NCBI GenBank assembly: GCA_019358935.1
Contig: JAHHIK010000088.1
Location: 1-35,726 of the forward strand
Direction of reading: 5' to 3'
Source of the DNA: Tolypothrix carrinoi HA7290-LM1
GTDB lineage: Bacteria; Cyanobacteriota; Cyanobacteriia; Cyanobacteriales; Nostocaceae
DNA: 35,726 nt
Below are positions 29,708 through 35,726 of this stretch, in pieces. Positions within the stretch are counted from its first letter, which is position 1; every line of letters starts with the position of its first letter. A program made the position numbers and the translations under genes. The notes under the pieces were generated by a model. That model did no database searches and was not told the DNA's origin. It worked only from the letters and a program-made list of their open reading frames with translations.

Positions 29708-30790
29708 TTAATCTCCCAAATAAATACCGATACCACGAGCGGTTTTAACAAGAGTACCATTTGGATCGACAGCTCTATATTGAGCGATCGCTTCGGCAAT
29801 TGGTACGCTGACAACTTGACGATTTTGCCACGTTACCATCTGGTCGTATTTACCCTCTGCAATCAAATTAACTGCTGCTACACCAAAAGCTGCTGCAACT
29901 AATCTATCCAAGGGTGAAGCTGTTCCACCTCGTTGAATATGTCCTAAAACGGTGACTCGTGTTTCTGCATTAATACGCTGGATAATTTGGTCGGCTAAAT
30001 ATTCACCAATACCACCATATCGAGATTGACCTAAGCGATTTGTAATTGTGACATTTTCACCTTCTTGAGTGCGAACTGCCTCAGATACAATTATCAAACA
30101 ATAATTTTTGTTTTTCTCTTGCTGTTCTTTGATTCTTTGACAAATATGCTCAATTGTGTAGGGAATTTCTGGAATTAAAATTACATCCGCTCCCCCCGCA
30201 ATTCCCGCAGCAATGGCAATGTGTCCGGCATCACGTCCCATCACTTCTAAAATCATGACACGGCTATGACTTGCAGCGGTAAAATGTAAGCGATCTAGTG
30301 CTTCGGTGGCAATATTTACTGCTGTATCAAAACCGATCGCATGTTCTGTAATCCCAATATCGTTATCAATTGTTTTGGGAATACCAACTAAATTTATACC
30401 ACCTTGTTGTGCAAGCCGGCGGAGAATTGCCAAACTACCATCGCCACCAATTCCAATTAAAGCATCTAAATTCAATTGGTGATAGCCTGCAATAATTTCA
30501 TCAGAGCGATCGCATACACTTCCATCTGCCATCGGGAAGGCAAAAGGATCGCCTTTGTTAGTTGTTCCTAACATTGTACCACCAGCAGTTAATAGCGTAT
30601 TAACTTGGTCAACTTCCAGTTTTGTGAATTGTGGAGGACGCACCATCAATCCTAAAGTCGCTTGCCGAATTCCCAAAACCTCCCAACCATAAGTTCCCAC
30701 AGCGCAATACACTACAGCTCTGATTGCAGCATTTAAACCAGAGCAATCTCCACCACTAGTCAGAATTCCAATACGTTTTGGTTCTCCCAT
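29708..30790 (-). CDS. pfkA: 6-phosphofructokinase (PfkA family)
   Basis: TSGGDCSGLNA, GGTMLGT, IGGDGS, PKTIDND, EVMGRDAG, LGHIQRGG. Confidence 0.95.
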   Translation of the reverse strand: MGEPKRIGILTSGGDCSGLNAAIRAVVYCAVGTYGWEVLGIRQATLGLMVRPPQFTKLEVDQVNTLLTAGGTMLGTTNKGDPFAFPMADGSVCDRSDEIIAGYHQLNLDALIGIGGDGSLAILRRLAQQGGINLVGIPKTIDNDIGITEHAIGFDTAVNIATEALDRLHFTAASHSRVMILEVMGRDAGHIAIAAGIAGGADVILIPEIPYTIEHICQRIKEQQEKNKNYCLIIVSEAVRTQEGENVTITNRLGQSRYGGIGEYLADQIIQRINAETRVTVLGHIQRGGTASPLDRLVAAAFGVAAVNLIAEGKYDQMVTWQNRQVVSVPIAEAIAQYRAVDPNGTLVKTARGIGIYLGD

Positions 30791-30926
30791 ATCTTTTATG
30801 ACATTATTCTCCGAATAATATAATTAGTAGTAAATTAAACTTAAGTAAAGGCAATCGTCGAAACTTCCAGGGTGATTTTATGTTTGTTTTGTGTCCAATT
30901 AAATCAACTTACCATATATATAAACT

Positions 30927-31901
30927 ATGACGGTGGAGCCAAAGGTGAAAAGTATTGATAATTATACCTTCTCTTTTTCAGGAGAAGTAACTGTCCCCCA
31001 GGCTCCTCCTGAATTCAAATCGGGTTTTATCGGCATTATCGGTCGTCCAAATGTCGGTAAATCTACGTTAATGAATCAATTAGTAGGACAAAAAATTGCC
31101 ATAACTTCTCCAGTAGCGCAAACTACACGCAATCGTTTGCGAGGCATTTTAACGACACCAGAAGCGCAGTTAATTTTTGTTGATACACCAGGAATTCACA
31201 AACCCCATCATCAATTAGGGGAAGTGCTGGTGAAAAATGCGAAAATTGCGATTGAATCGGTGGATGTAGTGCTGTTTGTGGTGGATGGCTCGACAAGTTG
31301 TGGTACAGGCGATCGCTATATTGCCGATTTGTTGACTAAAAGCGAAACACCTGTAATTTTGGGTGTAAACAAAATCGATCAACAACCGAAGGATTCTCAG
31401 GTTATAGACGATAGTTACGCTGAGTTAGCACAATCCTATAAATGGCAAACAGGAAAATTTTCCGCCAAGACTGGAACCAGATTGCCAGAACTGCAAGATT
31501 TATTAATTGAACATTTAGAACGAGGACCCTTCTACTATCCACCCGACTTGGTAACTGACCAACCGGAACGCTTTATTATGGGGGAATTGATTCGAGAACA
31601 GATTTTGCTGTTAACTCGTGAGGAAGTTCCCCATTCGGTAGCGATCGCTATCGAAAAAGTCGAAGAAACACCAGCTATCACTCGCGTACTTGCCACCATC
31701 AACGTTGAACGAGATTCCCAAAAAGGCATTCTCATCGGTAAAGGTGGAGCTATGCTCAAAGCTATAGGTAGTGCAGCTCGCGAACAAATCCAAAAGTTAA
31801 TCGCCGGCAAAGTCTATCTAGAATTATTCGTCAAGGTACAACCAAAGTGGCGTCAGTCTCGCGTCAGTTTGGCTGAACTCGGTTATCGCGTGGAAGAGTA
31901 A
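30927..31901 (+). CDS. era: GTPase Era
   Basis: GRPNVGKSTL, QTTR, DTPG, NKID, KH domain ILIGKGG. Confidence 0.97.
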   Translation: MTVEPKVKSIDNYTFSFSGEVTVPQAPPEFKSGFIGIIGRPNVGKSTLMNQLVGQKIAITSPVAQTTRNRLRGILTTPEAQLIFVDTPGIHKPHHQLGEVLVKNAKIAIESVDVVLFVVDGSTSCGTGDRYIADLLTKSETPVILGVNKIDQQPKDSQVIDDSYAELAQSYKWQTGKFSAKTGTRLPELQDLLIEHLERGPFYYPPDLVTDQPERFIMGELIREQILLLTREEVPHSVAIAIEKVEETPAITRVLATINVERDSQKGILIGKGGAMLKAIGSAAREQIQKLIAGKVYLELFVKVQPKWRQSRVSLAELGYRVEE

Positions 31902-31903
31902 AA

Positions 31904-32152
31904 GAGTTAGGAGGAGCGGAGTTAGTTGTTGGTTGATAGTGGATAGTGGTTAGTTGATAGTGGTTAGTTGATAGTTGTTGGTTGATAGTTGTTGGTTGTT
32001 GGTTGTTGTTTGTTGTTTGTTGGTTGGAGCGTTGTTGGTTGACAATTAACCACCATCCACGCTTCCACCATCCACGCTTCCACCATCCACGCTTCCACCA
32101 TCCACCATCTACCAACCACCAACCACCAACCACTATCTACTATCCACCAACC
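31904..32152. repeat. Inverted low-complexity heptamer arrays (GTTGATA/GTTGTTG vs CCACCAA/CCACCAT) with a 15-mer tandem x3
   Basis: G/T-rich arm at 31920-32040 and C/A-rich arm at 32048-32152; ccaccatccacgctt at 32050, 32065 and 32080. Confidence 0.85.
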
Positions 32153-32160
32153 CAACGGGA

Positions 32161-32295
32161 GAGCCAGTTGCTTCAAGTCGGCAGAGCCGACGGCAGATGC
32201 TTCAAGCCGGGAAACCCTTGCGGCAGTCGCTCATGGGGGGAACCCCCAAGACCGCGCTGCCTTACCAACGCACTGCCTCCCCAACGCACTGGCTC
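32161..32295 (+). repeat. Triple-nested SDR-like hairpin elements
   Basis: gagccagttgc..[cggcagatgc..[cggcagtcgc..gcgctgcc]..ccaacgcactgcc]..ccaacgcactggctc. Confidence 0.75.
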
Positions 32296-32334
32296 ACCAC
32301 TATCCACCAACCAGTAACCACCAACACACAAAAA

Positions 32335-33012
32335 ATGTCTTCAAATACAGTCTCTGCGTTCAATATACCTTTAGATGCTCCTCCGTTGCGGGTGTTAATT
32401 GTTGAAGACGATCCGATGATGCAACTCGGATTAGAACAGTCATTAATGGCTCATCCGCAGTTGGAAATTGTCGGACAAGCGGAAGATGGTTATTTGGGTG
32501 TGCAAGCTGCACTGAAACTGAAACCTGATTTGGTGGTGATGGATATTGGTTTACCGCGATTGGATGGAATTGCCGCGACACAGCAAATCAAAGCAGCATT
32601 ACCAGAAACGCATGTAGTAATGCTGACATCTCACAAAACAGAGACAGAAATAATTGCCGCGTTATCTAGCGGTGCTGATGCTTATTGTATCAAAGGGGCG
32701 AGTGTCGAGCGGTTGTTGAATGCGATCGCTGCTGCGGTTGAAGGTGCAGCTTATCTCGATCCGCAAATTGCCAGACAAGTAATTGAAAATCTCAAACCCC
32801 CTACCCCCACAGGTAATACGGCAAATTTATCTGGACGCGAGTTAGAAGTTTTGAAACTGATGGTAGACGGATTAAGCAATCCAGAGATTGCCGAAAAACT
32901 CTATCTCAGTCCCAACACTGTGAAAACTCACGTCCGAGGGATTATGAACAAATTAGCAGTTGACGATCGCGTGCAAGCAGCAGTTGTCGCTCTGCGTTCC
33001 GGGTTGGTGTAA
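32335..33012 (+). CDS. NarL/LuxR-family response regulator
   Basis: VLIVEDD, PDLVVMDIGLPRLDG, YCIK, HTH LSGRELEVL..GLSNPEIAEKLYLSPNTVKTH. ATG at 32335; the upstream ORF extension is repeat DNA. Confidence 0.95.
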   Translation: MSSNTVSAFNIPLDAPPLRVLIVEDDPMMQLGLEQSLMAHPQLEIVGQAEDGYLGVQAALKLKPDLVVMDIGLPRLDGIAATQQIKAALPETHVVMLTSHKTETEIIAALSSGADAYCIKGASVERLLNAIAAAVEGAAYLDPQIARQVIENLKPPTPTGNTANLSGRELEVLKLMVDGLSNPEIAEKLYLSPNTVKTHVRGIMNKLAVDDRVQAAVVALRSGLV

Positions 33013-33308
33013 TTAAAAGAAAGTGCGACGTTCTAGGTTATAGTTTGCTTGAATTCGCCGAATATCTTCTCTTGCTTGAGCAGAAGCATAGATTGTAGTT
33101 TTTCTGTGATTCTCTTTGCCAGAGAAGTGCGGATTTTTGTCAGATTTCGGCTGAATTAAGTTGATATTTGGGATTTTGGAATATACAAACAGTAGCACAA
33201 CAAATCCTCTTGAATTCAGCAACCTTATGAGTGTAAGAATTAAAGTTACAAGTATACTTCACCCGAAAGGATGAAAAGTCACTCGATGCAATTGCGATAG
33301 AGTGTAAT

Positions 33309-34403
33309 TCAACTTTTTGCTTTTTCTGGCATTTCCTCTATAATTTCGTTACACAGCCTCACGCAGTCATTACAAATGTGCAGCCTAACGTAGTCATTGC
33401 GGATGTGGATCATCGGACCAGAAATTATCACCTCAACCTGCTTCTGATTTCTACCGCAGAAGGAACAAGCGATCGCGAATTCCACATCATCATAAATTCT
33501 TCGGATGTATGATTCTACCCAGCGACGGAAACGCTCTGATTCAGTAGATTGCTCTTGGGCAAAGCTAGGCTCGGTTACAATTCCTTCTGGATAAGCAATG
33601 ACAATAGTTTGCTCACCCTTAATAAATTCGACCTTTGCATTCAGGGAATCTTGGGAAAGAGATATGGTACAGCGATAAGGCTTTTTATTTATGTAATAGC
33701 CAAAATGGGCAAGTTTTCCATCTGGATAAAACTCTGCATAAAATTGTTCTTTGCGATTTGTGCGATATCCTGGTTTGAGGAAAGAAGCATCAATTATCAT
33801 TGTCTGTGACTCCTGGTGATTAATCGATTTGATTTGACCAGACGGCATTAACTGCGATCTAAGCTGGTTGCGAGCCTTGTGTAAGCGACCTTTCGCTGCC
33901 ACGATAGAGATACCCAAGCTTGTCGCAACTTCTTGCATAGTTAACTGTTCTTGGTAAAACAGCAGGGTAGCCATCCTGTTTTTTGGGGATAGGGTGTTGA
34001 CTGCTTCGAGAATTAATTCGTGAAGTTCATGCTCCTCTGCTAATTGCTGAGGATCGGGAACTACCTTAGTAGATGACAGAATGTCGAAATTTTGACTTTC
34101 GGCGATCGCTTCAAGTGAGAGAAAATTGCGAGTGCGATCGCGAAGATAGTTGCGGCATAAATTCAATACAATGCTGTAAAGCCAGTTTTTGAAACGTTTA
34201 GCGTCTCGGAGATGGTTAAGCGACAGGTAAGCTTGCAGCAAAGCTTCTTGAGCCAATTCTTGAGCAATATCTTCATTTGCCACCATACCGATAGCAATGC
34301 GCTTAGTCATCGACTGATAGCGCTTGACAAGGAGACTAAAAGCAGCTTTGTCTCCATACTGTGCTAAAATAACCAGCTCTGTATCTGTTTGTGCCACTGA
34401 CAT
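33309..34403 (-). CDS. ECF sigma-70 factor with a C-terminal extension ending in a ClpX C4-type zinc finger
   Basis: Region 2 ([36 protein letters not shown]), region 4 ([16 protein letters not shown]), C-terminal CSFCG...[13 protein letters not shown]. Confidence 0.88.
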   Translation of the reverse strand: MSVAQTDTELVILAQYGDKAAFSLLVKRYQSMTKRIAIGMVANEDIAQELAQEALLQAYLSLNHLRDAKRFKNWLYSIVLNLCRNYLRDRTRNFLSLEAIAESQNFDILSSTKVVPDPQQLAEEHELHELILEAVNTLSPKNRMATLLFYQEQLTMQEVATSLGISIVAAKGRLHKARNQLRSQLMPSGQIKSINHQESQTMIIDASFLKPGYRTNRKEQFYAEFYPDGKLAHFGYYINKKPYRCTISLSQDSLNAKVEFIKGEQTIVIAYPEGIVTEPSFAQEQSTESERFRRWVESYIRRIYDDVEFAIACSFCGRNQKQVEVIISGPMIHIRNDYVRLHICNDCVRLCNEIIEEMPEKAKS

Positions 34404-34426
34404 TCTTCGCCAACACTGCTATTTAA

Positions 34427-34454
34427 TAGAGGAATAGCAGGCACAAAAGGTTAC
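34427..34454 (-). promoter_or_regulatory. Putative ECF-type autoregulatory promoter
   Basis: The minus strand reads GTAACC-N17-CTCTA ending ~24 nt upstream of the sigma start; an AAC-containing -35 is typical of ECF promoters. Confidence 0.4.
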
Positions 34455-34543
34455 TTTTTTTGAACGAACAGTATAGCCGCACCATAAATGTGGGTGTCGG
34501 TACCTATTGATAAATTGAAAATTCTTAACATTTTCTCTTGTCT

Positions 34544-34942
34544 CTAGACTGGGCAAAGACGGTGCAGAAGATTCATCAACTGTTCTGCATCTTCTAGGTA
34601 GGTTACATACTCACTTTCACCCACTTTAATATCCTTACCTTCCATATCCTCCCCGTACTTTTCAGCTATGACAACAATCGGGGTGTGGCTGGGAAGTCCT
34701 GCGCCTTGACGTATGCGCCGCCCCATGTTAATAAACTCTTCTATCGACAGCCTCACTTGGTTAATCAATATCATATCAGGGCGATGGTGTCCACCAATCG
34801 TCCGTTCTATCGCGCCTTCTTCGTCTAGTGCCACAATTACGTGGTAGCCAGCGTTGCGGAGATTATTTATCATAAGCGGGCGCGTCTCGTCATCTTGTTC
34901 GAGTAGCAAAATTGACGGCGGCGTGTTTTGTTTATCGCTCAT
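34544..34942 (-). CDS. Stand-alone atypical receiver-domain protein
   Basis: ILLLEQDDETR..LRNAGYHV..PDMILIN..PIVVIA; phosphoacceptor position is Asn; ATG at 34942. Confidence 0.8.
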   Translation of the reverse strand: MSDKQNTPPSILLLEQDDETRPLMINNLRNAGYHVIVALDEEGAIERTIGGHHRPDMILINQVRLSIEEFINMGRRIRQGAGLPSHTPIVVIAEKYGEDMEGKDIKVGESEYVTYLEDAEQLMNLLHRLCPV

Positions 34943-35087
34943 GAGTGGGACTTTCCTCGTTTGTGAAGTGTTACTTCTAGACGGAAGCAAAGTCATAATA
35001 ATACAATTCCCAGTTTTATTTGCGGTGATAATACGTAGATAACTAAAGCCTCCGTTTTTTGCTGTACCACAAAAGGTGAGAACGATT

Positions 35088-35600
35088 TTATCGTGAGCCT
35101 CTGTGCTTTTCTCCAAGTAAGCGATCGTATTCGTCTTTGACAACTCGGAAACACTCGCACGCACCCGCTTCGAGTCCCTGTAGGTCGAGGATATCGACGT
35201 GACCGCGCGTGTAGCGTATGAGACCGCTATCCTGAAGCTTTTGGGCGGCTTGGGTGACACCGGCGCGGCGCACGCCCAGCATGTCGGAGATGAACTCCTG
35301 CGTCAGCCTCAGTTCGTTCGATTCAACGCGGTCTTGCACTTCCAGCAGCCAGCGTGCCAAGCGTTGTTCCAGACTGTGCAAGCGGTTGCAGGCGGTGGTC
35401 TGGGAGATTTGCGCGATAAAAGCTTGCGTATAAGGCAGCAGCACGTCGCGCAGGTCTTTATTGCGATCGAACTCCTCCAGCAGTGGACGCGCATCCATTT
35501 TGAACGCGCTGCCTGCGACCTGTACTATGTATGTGGTCTGCGTAGTCTCGCTTCCACCCATAAAGGCATTGACGCCGATCACTTCACGCTTGCCGACTAT
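35088..35600 (-). pseudogene. Crp/Fnr-family transcriptional regulator, 5' part cut off by the terminal element
   Basis: GIVGKREVIGVNAFMGG, ACNRLHSLEQRLARWLL, LTQEFISDMLGVRRAGVT (HTH), ACECF; the frame runs into the repeat at ~35601. Confidence 0.88.
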
Positions 35601-35726
35601 ACCGCTTCTAAATGTGTGGACAGAACTACCACTAGCTAGATAATTTGTCCATACCTCACTCCACGGTGTAAGTGAAAGCGTTCTTTCCTAGTGCTTACGC
35701 TTCCTCGGTTTCGAGGTTGGCTAGGA
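35601..35726 (-). mobile_element. End of a multicopy mobile element, copy 2 (inverted relative to copy 1)
   Basis: 35601-35725 is the exact reverse complement of 1-125; it interrupts the Crp gene. Confidence 0.75.

Noticed and set aside
31904..32295. CRISPR array
   Set aside because: The repeats are tandem 7-mers and 15-mers plus nested hairpins, with no regularly spaced unique spacers and no cas genes.
33013..33223. 69-aa ORF next to a lone gaattcagcaacc MITE-like half end
   Set aside because: Possibly a gene remnant, but it has no recognisable motif and no partner TIR was found.
34943..35260. N-terminal extension of the 238-aa ORF
   Set aside because: It overlaps the Crp frame and intergenic DNA; the receiver domain begins at ATG 34942.
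35614..35726. Group II intron 5' end (GTGTG at 35614)
   Set aside because: It would require both genes to share 13 identical exon bases, which does not fit the Crp frame (FRSG). The G-U pairing also favours the opposite strand as the RNA. Not fully excluded without the rest of the element.

Overview
Chromosomal segment from a filamentous, probably heterocyst-forming cyanobacterium (Nostocales-like). This is inferred from roughly 30 HIP1 sites (GCGATCGC, counted by eye), heptamer STRR arrays, GTAG-type palindromes and several Uma2 paralogues. The housekeeping backbone (eno, argC, ribBA, metH, carotenoid oxygenase, pfkA, era, a NarL-type regulator) is interleaved with accessory cassettes. Main points: (1) a ~9 kb putative defence island (PLD-nuclease/SNF2 helicase, unknown gene, large N6-adenine MTase-TRD, Uma2) lies between the intact metH 3' end and a decayed second copy of the metH 3' end plus its downstream hairpin, with no integrase visible; a NERD-helicase and a PIN toxin-antitoxin pair follow it; (2) both window ends are the same 125-bp structured non-coding element end in inverted orientation, each truncating a different gene, most likely a contig broken at a multicopy IS (possibly IS110/IS1111-like); (3) an ECF sigma factor is fused to a ClpX-type zinc finger that carries an internal duplication; (4) several very small mobile repeats are nested inside one another, one of them in-frame within metH. 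No rRNA, tRNA or CRISPR array was seen. Protein family calls come from motif recognition only; no database search was run.
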